DNA of 64,000 bases from an uncultured Trueperaceae bacterium (GTDB taxonomy: Bacteria > Deinococcota > Deinococci > Deinococcales > Trueperaceae), in the NCBI GenBank assembly GCA_963815215.1, contig CAWFFU010000008.1, forward strand, positions 64,001-128,000. The letters run 5' to 3'. Position numbers and translations under genes: made by a program. Shown in pieces: positions 9,268-18,352 of this stretch. Every line of letters starts with the position of its first letter. Within the stretch, counting starts at the first letter, position 1. Under the pieces are notes generated by a model. That model was not told where the DNA came from. It saw only the letters and a program-made list of their open reading frames with translations, and did no database searches.

Positions 9268-9561
9268 TCAGGCCCGCAACGGCCCGTCGGCACCCGCAGG
9301 CAACTGGAGCACGACGCGCCGGTCCTCGACACGGCGCGAGTGGCCGGCCCAGCTCACCACGTCGTTGAACGACAGCAGCAGCATGGTGACGAGCGCGGTC
9401 TGCATCCACGCGTCCTCGCTGTCTCGAACCCGAAGGCGCAGGGAAGCGGCCGCCGCGTCGTACTGCACTTCGCAGCGTGCCGCCTGCAGGCGGCGCACGA
9501 GTTGGCGCAGGCGCTGGGCCGAGCCTTCCTCGTGGATCGCAGCCTGATATTCGTAGAGCAT
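9268..9561 (-). CDS. Small hypothetical protein (97 aa)
   Basis: MLYEYQAAIHEEGSAQRL... with a GGAGGT RBS before the ATG and a downstream hairpin. No family recognised. Confidence 0.6.
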   Translation of the reverse strand: MLYEYQAAIHEEGSAQRLRQLVRRLQAARCEVQYDAAAASLRLRVRDSEDAWMQTALVTMLLLSFNDVVSWAGHSRRVEDRRVVLQLPAGADGPLRA

Positions 9562-9691
9562 CCGGGACCTCCGAGACCGATCACAACGCGAGTCGACGAC
9601 CGTCCGACGCATGGCTGGCTTGCGCACAGCGTAGGTTCGTGGCCTCGGCACGAGCCAGGGCCAATTGTCCTCCAGCGGTCGGGCGCGTTCC

Positions 9692-10852
9692 TCAGGCGGC
9701 CTTCGTCCCGGACGGCACGGTTGTCGTCGTGGGCCGAGACCCGTGCAGCCGGAGCGCGCGCTCGTAGAACCCCACCAGGACGCGTGTGCTGCCCTCCCAC
9801 GACCACAGCAGGCTGTCGCGCCGGCCGCGCTCGGCGATGCGGCGACGGCGGTCGGGATCGTCGATCAGCTCCCGCAGCGCCCGCGCCAACGCAGCACCCT
9901 CACCCGGCTCGACCAGGACACCGTTATCGCCGTCGCGAACGATGTGCGGGATGCCGCCGGCGCGGGCGGCGACCACGCACACGCCGGCCGCCATGGCCTC
10001 GATCGCAGCGAAGCCGAGCGTCTCCGAGTCCGACGGGAAGGCGAACAGGTCCCCGCTCGCGTAGGCGGCCGACAGCTCATCGCCTTCCAGGAAGCCGGTG
10101 AACACCGTGTCGGTGCCGGTCAGCTCGCGCCGCAGCCAGTCCAGCGCAGGTCCCTCCCCCACCACCGCGAAGCGCACCCCGGCCAAGCGCCTCACCGCGT
10201 CGGCCAGCACATCGACGCGCTTCTCGAACGACACCCGGCCGGCGTACACGACCAGCGGCCGCTCCGGCTCGCCGCCGCTGAGGCGCGCCCGCATGGCATC
10301 CGTTGCCTTGCCCGGGTCGAAGCGCCGGCTGTCGACCGCCTTGGGCCACAGCCGCACCCGCCGGATGTGCAGGCCGCGCGCCAGCTCGACCATCTGCGGG
10401 CTGGTGCACAGGGTCACGTCGGCAAGGTTGTGCACCTCGCGGTCGACGATTTCGAGCGGGCGTTCCAACCACCCCAGGCCCAACCGCCGCACCACCTTGG
10501 GATCGGTGTGGAAGCTGGCGACCAGCGGCAGCCGCCGGCGGCGCGCCCACAGCGCACCCCAGCTCCCGAACACCACCGGGTTGACGACGTGCACCACGTC
10601 CGGGTCGAAGGCGGCGGCGGCGGCCGCCAACCGCGTCGACGGGAGTGCAACCCTCAGTTCGGGGTACCACGGGAAGGGCAGTCCGGGCGCCGCCACCACC
10701 GCGTAGCGGCCGTAGCGCTCCGGAGCCGCGGGCGGCGCCAGGACCAGCACCTCGTGGCCCAGCTCCTGGAGGGCGTCCAGGGTGTGGACGAGGCGCGTCA
10801 CGACGCCGTCGACCTTGGGGAGGAACGTCTCGGTGATGATCGCGATGCGCAC
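9692..10852 (-). CDS. GT4 glycosyltransferase, SqdX (sulfolipid synthase)-like
   Basis: MRIAIITETFLPKVDGVVTRL, PELR, HVVNP, ASFHT, GRVSFEK, FPSDSETLG..IEAMAAG (ExxxxxxxE). Confidence 0.85.
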   Translation of the reverse strand: MRIAIITETFLPKVDGVVTRLVHTLDALQELGHEVLVLAPPAAPERYGRYAVVAAPGLPFPWYPELRVALPSTRLAAAAAAFDPDVVHVVNPVVFGSWGALWARRRRLPLVASFHTDPKVVRRLGLGWLERPLEIVDREVHNLADVTLCTSPQMVELARGLHIRRVRLWPKAVDSRRFDPGKATDAMRARLSGGEPERPLVVYAGRVSFEKRVDVLADAVRRLAGVRFAVVGEGPALDWLRRELTGTDTVFTGFLEGDELSAAYASGDLFAFPSDSETLGFAAIEAMAAGVCVVAARAGGIPHIVRDGDNGVLVEPGEGAALARALRELIDDPDRRRRIAERGRRDSLLWSWEGSTRVLVGFYERALRLHGSRPTTTTVPSGTKAA

Positions 10853-11032
10853 GGCTCGATCCCAGCTCTGTCCAGGGATTCTAACGTAGCCGGGGCGCGC
10901 GCTCGCCTACCGTCACGCCTTGCCTCCGCCCGCCGAGCACACGGGACCCGGCGCTCGGCGCATCGGGTCCCGCAGTCCGGCCGGCGGCCGCGGCGGAGGG
11001 AGCTCGGCGCGCGCTCCCTCTCGCCTGGCCAC

Positions 11033-12064
11033 TCAGTTGTAGGCGCTCATCAGCTCGTCGAGCTGCTCCCTCGTCGGCCGCAGCAGATCGTCGCCGAGCG
11101 AGGAGAGGGCGCGGCCGTTGAGGCCGCTCACTTCGGCGAGCGATGGCCGGCTCTGGTCGTAGTAGATCAGGCCGGTGATGAACTCGTGGCTGTCCTCGGC
11201 CTTCTGCAGGCGCTGCATGGCCGCTCCCTTATCGGTGGGATCGTAGTTGGCCTCGAGGTTGTGGAGCTTGATCTTCGAGCCGTCGTGGAGCTGCACCGTG
11301 GTGGTCTCACCGGGCTCCTGCGCGTCGATGATGATCTCCTCGTCCGCGGGGAAGAAGCCGATGTCCTGCAGGGCATGCTCGTGCTCGCGGCCGTAGCTGT
11401 AGCTCTTGGGCGACTCGTCCTCGTTGTTGAACGCGACACAAGGGCTGATGATGTCGAGCACGGCCGTGCCGCGATGGCTGAGGGCGGCCTTGAGCAACTC
11501 GCGCACCTGTTTGGCGTCGCCGGCGAAGCTGCGCGCCACGAAGCCCGCGCCCGCCACCAGCGCCTCCATGCAGAGGTCGATGGCCGGGAAGTCGTTGTGG
11601 CCCGCGTACTTGAGGTCCTGCCCGTAGTCGGCGGTGGCTGAGAACTGCCCCTTGGTGAGGCCGTACACACCGTTGTTCTCGACGACGTAGACCATCCGCA
11701 CGTTGCGCCGCACCAGATGCTTGAACTGTCCCATGCCGATGCTACCGGTGTCACCGTCACCACTGATGCCCAGGCCGCGCAGGGTGTGGTTGGCCGTGAG
11801 CGCGCCGGTCGCCAGTGAGGGCATCCGACCGTGCAGCCCGTTGAAGCCGTGCGACTGACCCAGGAAGTAGGTGGGGGACTTGCTCGAGCAGCCGATACCC
11901 GACAGCTTGATGATCTCGTGCGGCTTCAGGTTGAGCTCGTACGCCACCTGGATGACCTGGTTGGCGATCGAGTTGTGGCCGCAGCCCTTGCACAACGTCG
12001 AGGCCTGGCCGGCGTAGTCCGCCTTCGACATGCCCAGCAGGTTGACCTTCATGGTGCGTTCCAT
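11033..12064 (-). CDS. korB: 2-oxoacid:ferredoxin oxidoreductase beta subunit
   Basis: LCKGCGH, SGIGCSS, HGR, GDGD...ENNGVYGLTKGQFS ThDP motif, SPC. Confidence 0.92.
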   Translation of the reverse strand: MERTMKVNLLGMSKADYAGQASTLCKGCGHNSIANQVIQVAYELNLKPHEIIKLSGIGCSSKSPTYFLGQSHGFNGLHGRMPSLATGALTANHTLRGLGISGDGDTGSIGMGQFKHLVRRNVRMVYVVENNGVYGLTKGQFSATADYGQDLKYAGHNDFPAIDLCMEALVAGAGFVARSFAGDAKQVRELLKAALSHRGTAVLDIISPCVAFNNEDESPKSYSYGREHEHALQDIGFFPADEEIIIDAQEPGETTTVQLHDGSKIKLHNLEANYDPTDKGAAMQRLQKAEDSHEFITGLIYYDQSRPSLAEVSGLNGRALSSLGDDLLRPTREQLDELMSAYN

Positions 12065-12068
12065 GACC

Positions 12069-13901
12069 TCAGTCCCGTCCTTCCGCCAGGGTCGCGAGGA
12101 TCTTCTCGCGCACCCACGCCGCCGTCCAGGGCATACCGTCCAGGAAGGCGACCGACTCGAGCCTCGTGGCGCAGTTGTGACACTCGGCCTTCAGGATCTC
12201 GAAGAGCTGCCCGTCGCGGTTCATCTCCATGACCACGACCCGGTCGTGGGCCTGGATGAACGCGCGCACCTCGTCGCCGATCGGCAGGGCCTTGAGGCGC
12301 AAGAAATCGGTGGGGATGTCCTCGGCGGCGAGCTGATCGCGCGCCTCTTCGATGGCGTAGCGGGTCGTTCCGAACGCCAGGATCCCGAGCTTCGCGCCCG
12401 CCATCTCATCGAGCACCGGCTTGGGGACCAGTGCGCGGGCGGTGTCGAACTTCCGGACCAGCCGGTCCATGTTCTCGGTCCAATCCTCCGGCCGCTCGCT
12501 GTACAGCGCGGCGTCGTTGTGACCAGTGCCGCGCGCGAAGTAGGCCGACATGGCGTTGGTGTTGCCAGGAAGCGTACGGAAGGGGATGCCGTCGCCGTCG
12601 ATGTCACGGTAACGGGCGAAGCCGCGCTCCTCGACCTCTTCGGCGCTGAGCACCTTGCCGCGCCGGATCGGGGTGTCCGGGTACGCGAACGGCTCGCCCA
12701 TCCAGTTGTTCATGCCCAGATCGAGGTCGGACAGCACGAAGACCGGCGTCTGCAGGGTGTCGGCCAGGTCGTGGGCCTTGTACCCCAGCTCGAACGCCTC
12801 CTCGATGCTGGACGGAAGCAGCACCGGGTGCCGGGTGTCGCCGTGACCGAGGTGGTAGGCGAAGCCCAGATCGCCCTGGCTGGTACGGGTCGGCAGGCCG
12901 GTGCTGGGGCCGACGCGCTGGACGTCCCAGATGACCCCCGGGACCTCGGCGAAGTAGCCCAGGCCGATGTACTCGGCCATCAGGGAGATGCCGGGCCCCG
13001 AGGTCGCCGTCACGGCGCGCGCTCCGGCCCAGCCCGCACCGATCACCATGCCGATGGCGGCGAGCTCGTCCTCGGCCTGCACCACCGCGAAGGTGGGGGA
13101 GCCGTCGGGCGCCATGCGCAACTTCGCGGCGTGCTCCCGGAACGAGTCGATGAAGCTGGTGGACGGGGTGATGGGGTACCAGGCGGCCACACTGGCGCCG
13201 CCGAACAGCGATCCGATCGCCCCCGCCTCGTTGCCGTTCATCAGGATGAGGCCCTCGGTGGCGTCCATCGGCTCGACCCGGAAGGGGTCCTTCTTGATCA
13301 GATTGGCCTCGGCCCACTGGTAGCTGTCGCGGACGACGGCCATGTTGCTGTCGATCAGCTTCTGGCGGCGCCAGAAGTGGAACTCCAGCGCCTCCTCGAC
13401 CGTCTCCAGCGAGACGCCGAGCAGCCAGGCCGCCACCCCGACGTAGGTCATGTTGGCAACGTAATCGCGCAGCTTGCCCTTGAGCGGGTTGCCCTTGAGC
13501 AGCTCCTTGACCGGCACGCCGTAGTACACGAGATCCTGGCGACCGGTGTCGGCGTTCAGATCGTCGTTGAAGATACAGACGCCGCCGGCAGGCAGGTTGG
13601 CCACGTCCTTGGCCACGGTAGCGGCGTTGAAGGCCACCAGGATCTCGGCCGGCCGACGGGCGATGTAGCCCTTGTGGCTGACGCGGATGTTGTACCAGGT
13701 CGGGAGACCTTGGATGTTGGACGGGAAGATGTTCTTGCCGTGAACCGGGATACCCATCTTGAAGAAGCTGCGTAGCAACGTCAGATTGGCGGTCTGGCTG
13801 CCGGTTCCGTTCGCGGTGGCGACCGCGATCGAGAAGTCGTTGACGACCGCCTCGACGGCCTGGTCGGGCGCGGGTCTGGTTATCGGTTCAGTGACACCCA
13901 T
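12069..13901 (-). CDS. korA: 2-oxoacid:acceptor oxidoreductase alpha subunit (gamma-alpha fusion)
   Basis: ANGTGSQTAN, YPITP, QAEDELAA, TATSGPG, QRVGPSTGLPT. Confidence 0.92.
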   Translation of the reverse strand: MGVTEPITRPAPDQAVEAVVNDFSIAVATANGTGSQTANLTLLRSFFKMGIPVHGKNIFPSNIQGLPTWYNIRVSHKGYIARRPAEILVAFNAATVAKDVANLPAGGVCIFNDDLNADTGRQDLVYYGVPVKELLKGNPLKGKLRDYVANMTYVGVAAWLLGVSLETVEEALEFHFWRRQKLIDSNMAVVRDSYQWAEANLIKKDPFRVEPMDATEGLILMNGNEAGAIGSLFGGASVAAWYPITPSTSFIDSFREHAAKLRMAPDGSPTFAVVQAEDELAAIGMVIGAGWAGARAVTATSGPGISLMAEYIGLGYFAEVPGVIWDVQRVGPSTGLPTRTSQGDLGFAYHLGHGDTRHPVLLPSSIEEAFELGYKAHDLADTLQTPVFVLSDLDLGMNNWMGEPFAYPDTPIRRGKVLSAEEVEERGFARYRDIDGDGIPFRTLPGNTNAMSAYFARGTGHNDAALYSERPEDWTENMDRLVRKFDTARALVPKPVLDEMAGAKLGILAFGTTRYAIEEARDQLAAEDIPTDFLRLKALPIGDEVRAFIQAHDRVVVMEMNRDGQLFEILKAECHNCATRLESVAFLDGMPWTAAWVREKILATLAEGRD

Positions 13902-14100
13902 GGTCTACCAACTCCTACGTCCGACCCCAGCCAACCCGCGGCTCGCTCGCGAGCCTGGACCGACCGGGGCCTAAACGGTGGTTCCACCACTTCATACTAT
14001 TCCTGGCGCGACGTCGCGCCTGCCGTCGTACCTTCACGTTGACACAGCCTCTTCCGTGGAGCGGTTGGGAGTTGTGCGGCTGCCTCCGCGAGCACGATAG

Positions 14101-14122
14101 CGCCCACCCCGTGGGGTGGGCG
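14101..14122. terminator. Perfect hairpin downstream of recA
   Basis: CGCCCACCCC-GT-GGGGTGGGCG; no clear U-tract. Confidence 0.35.
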
Positions 14123-14159
14123 TGGGACATCTGTCACGTTGGGACACGAGCCCCTGGTC

Positions 14160-14224
14160 GCGGGCGTCGTGGCGGGCGTCGTAGCGGGCGTCGCGGCGGG
14201 CGTCGCGGCGGGCGTCGCGGCGGG
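14160..14224. repeat. 12-bp tandem repeat, 5 copies plus a partial
   Basis: Unit GCGGGCGTCGYR, directly abutting, no spacers. Confidence 0.9.
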
Positions 14225-14256
14225 ACGCCGTCACGGCGGCCCCATGGGGCGAGCGC

Positions 14257-15333
14257 TCAGGCCTCCAGCGCGGCGTCCTCCCCCGCGTCGCCGGAGCCGA
14301 CCTCCTCGACGTCGTAGGCGGAGGCGTGGTGCACCTGCTTGCCGAGCTGGAGCTCGGCCATGACGCGTTCTCGGATCTCCCCGAGGACGTCCGGGTTCTG
14401 GCTCAGGAACTCAACCGTCTTCTCCTTGCCCTGCCCCAACCGCGTCTCCCCGAACGAGTACCACGACCCCGACTTCTGCACCACCTCCACATCACTCGCC
14501 ACATTCACCAGATCCCCCACCCGATCGATCCCCCGACCGAACATGATCTCCACCTCCGCCTCCCGAAAAGGCGGCGCCACCTTGTTCTTCGTCACCTTCA
14601 CCCGCACGCGGTTCCCCACCTTCTCCGCGCCCACCTTCACATCCCCCTTACGCCGCACCTCCATACGCACACTCGCATAGAACTTCAACGCCCGCCCCCC
14701 CGGCGTCACCTCCGGATTGCCGTACAACACCCCGATCTTCTCCCGCACCTGATTGATGAAAATCGCCGTCGACCGACTCTTCGACAACACCGCCGTCAAC
14801 TTCCGCAACGCCTGACTCATCAACCGCGCCTGCAACCCCACATGCGCGTCCCCCATCTCACCCTCGAGCTCCGCGCGCGGCGTCAACGCCGCCACACTAT
14901 CGATCACCACCACATCCACCGCGCCCGACCGCACCAACAACTCCACGATCTCCAACGCCTGCTCCCCCGAATCCGGCTGGCTCACCAACAACTGCTCGAT
15001 ATCCACCCCCAACGCCCGCGCATACGACGGATCCAACGCATGCTCCGCATCCACGAACGCCGCCACACCCCCCGCCGCCTGCGCCTCCGCCACCACATGC
15101 AACGCCAACGTCGTCTTCCCCCCAGCCTCAGGCCCATACACCTCCACCACCCGACCCCGAGGCACACCCCCCACCCCCAACGCCAGATCCACCGACAACG
15201 ACCCCGTCGAAATCACACCCGCCCCCAACAACCGAACCTGCTCCTCCCCCAAACGCATCACCGCGCCCTTACCAAACTGACGCTCGATCTGCGAGATAGC
15301 AGTATCCAGGGCCTTCCTACGCTGCTCGTCCAT
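14257..15333 (-). CDS. recA: Recombinase RecA
   Basis: Walker [73 protein letters not shown]. Confidence 0.98.
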   Translation of the reverse strand: MDEQRRKALDTAISQIERQFGKGAVMRLGEEQVRLLGAGVISTGSLSVDLALGVGGVPRGRVVEVYGPEAGGKTTLALHVVAEAQAAGGVAAFVDAEHALDPSYARALGVDIEQLLVSQPDSGEQALEIVELLVRSGAVDVVVIDSVAALTPRAELEGEMGDAHVGLQARLMSQALRKLTAVLSKSRSTAIFINQVREKIGVLYGNPEVTPGGRALKFYASVRMEVRRKGDVKVGAEKVGNRVRVKVTKNKVAPPFREAEVEIMFGRGIDRVGDLVNVASDVEVVQKSGSWYSFGETRLGQGKEKTVEFLSQNPDVLGEIRERVMAELQLGKQVHHASAYDVEEVGSGDAGEDAALEA

Positions 15334-15347
15334 GGTGATGCTCCCTC

Positions 15348-15423
15348 CGTGCCGGCGACTCGTGCCGCCGACTCGTGCCGCCGACTCGTGCCGGCGACTC
15401 GTGCCGCCGGACCCGTGCCGCCG
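15348..15423. repeat. 13-bp tandem repeat in the recA 5' leader, 4 copies plus degenerate copies
   Basis: Unit CGTGCCGSCGACT. Confidence 0.9.
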
Positions 15424-15471
15424 CGCGTCGTCGGCGCGCGGGCGCAGCGGCTACGGCGGCGCCCGTCCGCG

Positions 15472-15512
15472 GAATACCTTAAATACTAAGGGTTCGGAAG
15501 GGGTGTTGGCAA
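15472..15512 (-). promoter_or_regulatory. Putative recA promoter with overlapping palindrome
   Basis: Minus strand TTGCCA-18 nt-TAGTAT. CCTTA-N5-TAAGG inverted repeat, extended by GAA/TTC, lies over the -10. Confidence 0.55.
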
Positions 15513-15556
15513 GGGGCGAGCGCCCAGAGGCCCTCGGCACAGCCCCGTCGATCCGG

Positions 15557-16570
15557 CTAGGCCGCCAGCACCTGCCGCACCGCCTCGAGCACACGGCGCG
15601 CGTCGGGACGGTAGTGATGCTCGATGGCGCCGAACGGCGGGTAGGGAGCGTCCCAGCCCGCGACCCGCAGCACCGGCGCCTGCAACGACCAGATGGCGTC
15701 CTCGGCGATGCGCGCGGCGACCTCGGCGCCGAACCCTCCGATCTTGCGGGCCTCGTAGACCACCACCGCGCGGCCGGTCTTCTCGACCGACGCGAGCACG
15801 GTGTCGGCGTCGAACGGCGCGAGCGTCTCCAGGTCGATCACTTCGAGCTCCACGCCTTCGCGCGCAGCCACCTCGGCGGCCTTGAGGCACACCTCGACCA
15901 TGCCGCCGTAGGCGATGAGGGTCACGGCGTTCCCCGGCCGCACGATGCGCGCCTTGCCGAGCTCGATCCGGTAGTGTCCCGCGGGCACCTCCGCCTTGAC
16001 CGACCGGTAGAGCTTGATGGCCTCCAGGAAGAACACGGGGTCGGGGTCCTCGATGGCGGCGAGCAGCAGACCCTTGGCCCGCTCCGGGCTCGAAGGGATG
16101 ACCACCTTCACCCCCGGCACGTGCGCCAGGACCGCCTCCGGGGAGTCGGCGTGCTGCTCGGGCGTGTGCACGCCGCCACCGTAAGGGGCCCGGATCACCA
16201 TCGGCACCGTGAAGCGGCTGCGCGTCCGGTGCCGGTAGCGACCGAGGTGGGAGAGGATGTGGTCGAGCGCCGGATACAGGAAGCCGGCGAACTGGATCTC
16301 GGCCACCGGCCGCATCCCCGCCAACGCCAGGCCGATCCCGTAGCCGACGATACCGGCCTCGGACAGCGGGGTGTCGAACACCCGCCGTTCACCGTAGGCG
16401 TCCCGAAGCCCGTCGCTCACGCGGAACACGCCACCCATGCCCACGTCCTCGCCGAACAGCAGCACCTGCGGGTCGCGCTCGAGCGCCACGTCGAGCGCGT
16501 CGTGGATCGCCTGCACCATGGTCATGCTGCGCACCCCGGCGCCCGCCGTTCCCTCGGCCGCCTCAACCAT
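15557..16570 (-). CDS. 2-oxoacid dehydrogenase E1 beta subunit
   Basis: [36 protein letters not shown] overlaps the stop of the alpha gene. Confidence 0.93.
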   Translation of the reverse strand: MVEAAEGTAGAGVRSMTMVQAIHDALDVALERDPQVLLFGEDVGMGGVFRVSDGLRDAYGERRVFDTPLSEAGIVGYGIGLALAGMRPVAEIQFAGFLYPALDHILSHLGRYRHRTRSRFTVPMVIRAPYGGGVHTPEQHADSPEAVLAHVPGVKVVIPSSPERAKGLLLAAIEDPDPVFFLEAIKLYRSVKAEVPAGHYRIELGKARIVRPGNAVTLIAYGGMVEVCLKAAEVAAREGVELEVIDLETLAPFDADTVLASVEKTGRAVVVYEARKIGGFGAEVAARIAEDAIWSLQAPVLRVAGWDAPYPPFGAIEHHYRPDARRVLEAVRQVLAA

Positions 16571-17597
16571 GACGCAGCACCTCCCAGGCGACGCGCGCAT
16601 CGGGCGTCATGCTCTCGAACACCTCTTCCACCAGCTCCTGCGGCTCGGGCTCCGGGGCCTCGTCTGCCTCCCGGACGGCCGTCCGCCACTCCTCGTTCAG
16701 CTCTTCCGCCATGGCCCGCTCGCGCTCATCGTCCCACGCCTCCATCGCGGTCAACGCCGTGCGCAGCCGCGCGACCGGGTCGCGGGCCTCCCAGGCGGCG
16801 GTGCTCTCGGCGCTGCGGTAGCGCTTGGGGTCGTCGCTGGAGGTGTGCGGGCCCATGCGGTAGGTCACAGCTTCGATGAGGGTCGGCCCCTCGCCGTCGC
16901 GGGCGCGCTGAACCGCCTCACGCGCGGCGTGCCACACCGCGGTCACATCGTTGCCGTCGACCACCACCCCGGGGATGCCGTACCCGGCCGCACGATCGGC
17001 GATGCGCGGGTTGCGCATCTGCTTGGCGGTGGGCACGCTGATCGCCCAGCCGTTGTTCTCCACCAGCAGCACCAGCGGGGCCGAGAACACGGCGGCGAAG
17101 TTCAGGGCCTCGTGGAAGTCGCCCTCGCTGGTGCCACCGTCACCGATGGTCGTGAGCGCCACCCAATCCGCGTCCTGGTACCGCCCCGCCGACGCCACCC
17201 CTACGGCATGCAGGAGCTGCGTGGCGATGGGGATGTAGAACGGCAGGATGCGCAGGTCGTCCGGGTAGCGCCAGCCGGCCGGCGTAGCGCGCCAGTAGAG
17301 GATGGCCTGGCTCATGGGCAACCCATGGGTCAGGGCCGCGCCGGTGTCCCGGTAGCTCGGCACCAGCCAGTCGTCGGCCGCTAGCGCCAGTGCCGCCCCG
17401 ACCTGGGCGGCCTCCTGGCCGCGGTAGGGAGGGTAGACGCCGAGTCGGCCCTGGCGTTGCAGGGTCATGGCCCGCTCGTCGAAGACGCGGGCCCGGACCA
17501 TGGCGCGGTAGCCGCGAACCAGCTCGTCCACCGAGAACGGGAGCCGGTCGGCTCTGCCGCCGTCTTCCGCGATGAAGCGCAACGGTTCCATAGTCAT
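16563..17597 (-). CDS. 2-oxoacid dehydrogenase E1 alpha subunit
   Basis: LQRQGR, GQEA, PSYR, ThDP motif [12 protein letters not shown]...[20 protein letters not shown]. Confidence 0.93.
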   Translation of the reverse strand: MTMEPLRFIAEDGGRADRLPFSVDELVRGYRAMVRARVFDERAMTLQRQGRLGVYPPYRGQEAAQVGAALALAADDWLVPSYRDTGAALTHGLPMSQAILYWRATPAGWRYPDDLRILPFYIPIATQLLHAVGVASAGRYQDADWVALTTIGDGGTSEGDFHEALNFAAVFSAPLVLLVENNGWAISVPTAKQMRNPRIADRAAGYGIPGVVVDGNDVTAVWHAAREAVQRARDGEGPTLIEAVTYRMGPHTSSDDPKRYRSAESTAAWEARDPVARLRTALTAMEAWDDERERAMAEELNEEWRTAVREADEAPEPEPQELVEEVFESMTPDARVAWEVLRHG

Positions 17598-17728
17598 CTC
17601 CTGGTGCCGCCGTGGGGAGCCGGTCCTCCACAGGGATTGGGTCTCGCCGGTAGGCTAACCCACGAGCGCCAAGCGCTCCGCTATCGGGCGCTCAGGCCGG
17701 TCAGGCGCGTCGTTCGCCATTGCGCCGC

Positions 17729-17758
17729 TTGTCGAACGAACGCTCGTTCGCCTATACT
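17729..17758 (+). promoter_or_regulatory. Leaderless promoter of paaR-paaABCD with PaaR operator
   Basis: TTGTCG-18 nt-TATACT, 6 nt before the GTG. The spacer contains CGAACGCTCGTTCG (17737-17750), fitting the Thermus PaaR consensus CNAACGNNCGTTNG as recalled. Confidence 0.75.
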
Positions 17759-17764
17759 CCGTGG

Positions 17765-18352
17765 GTGACCCGACGGCAGGAGATCCTGCAGACCGCCGGC
17801 GACCTCTTCCAGCGCAACGGCTATCACGCCACCAGTATGCGCGAGATCGCCCGGAACGTGCAGCTCCAGGGCAGCAGCCTCTACGCCCACATCCAGTCCA
17901 AGGAGGAGCTGCTCCGGAACATCGTCAACGAGGCCGCCGAGACCTTCCTGGCCGCGGCGCGCCAGGTGGACGGGTCGCTCCCGCCGCCCGAGCGCCTGCG
18001 CGGACTGGTGCGCGCCCATCTGGGTGTCATCCGCGACCAGCTTCCGCACGCCACCGTGTTCTTCCACGAGTGGGCGCACCTTCCCCCCGACCTGCAGCGG
18101 GAGCTGATCGAGCGTCGCGACGCCTACCAGGCGATCTTCCGCGACACCGTGGAGGACGGCGCGCGCGACGGCAGCTTCGTGGTCGAGGACGCACCGCTGG
18201 CGACCCTGTTCGTGCTGTCGTCGTTGAACTGGACCTACCAGTGGCTCGACCCGGCCGGCCGGCTGTCGCTCGACGCCCTTGCCGAGCGCTACGCGTCCCT
18301 GCTGCTGGGCGCGCTCGGCGCCGCTCCGGAGGACGGACGGGGACGGCCGTGA
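17765..18352 (+). CDS. paaR: TetR-family repressor of phenylacetate catabolism
   Basis: TetR HTH ([16 protein letters not shown]...[13 protein letters not shown]) and LNWTYQW C-terminal motif. First gene of the paa operon. Confidence 0.8.
   Translation: MTRRQEILQTAGDLFQRNGYHATSMREIARNVQLQGSSLYAHIQSKEELLRNIVNEAAETFLAAARQVDGSLPPPERLRGLVRAHLGVIRDQLPHATVFFHEWAHLPPDLQRELIERRDAYQAIFRDTVEDGARDGSFVVEDAPLATLFVLSSLNWTYQWLDPAGRLSLDALAERYASLLLGALGAAPEDGRGRP

Noticed and set aside
14257..15333. Intein or intron in recA as the cause of the odd composition
   Set aside because: The protein is normal length (358 aa) and colinear with RecA motifs throughout.
14160..15423. Repeats flanking recA as CRISPR arrays
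   Set aside because: Units are 12-13 bp, directly abutting with no unique spacers, and there are no cas genes in the window.
14326..15489. 387-aa His/Pro-rich ORF antisense to recA
   Set aside because: A mirror frame produced by the GTG/GGG/TTG codon skew of recA. Open antisense frames are common at this GC content and it has no recognisable domain.
15472..15512. RDRM (DdrO) or classical LexA box at the recA promoter
   Set aside because: The sequence does not fit those consensuses; kept only as an unknown palindrome.
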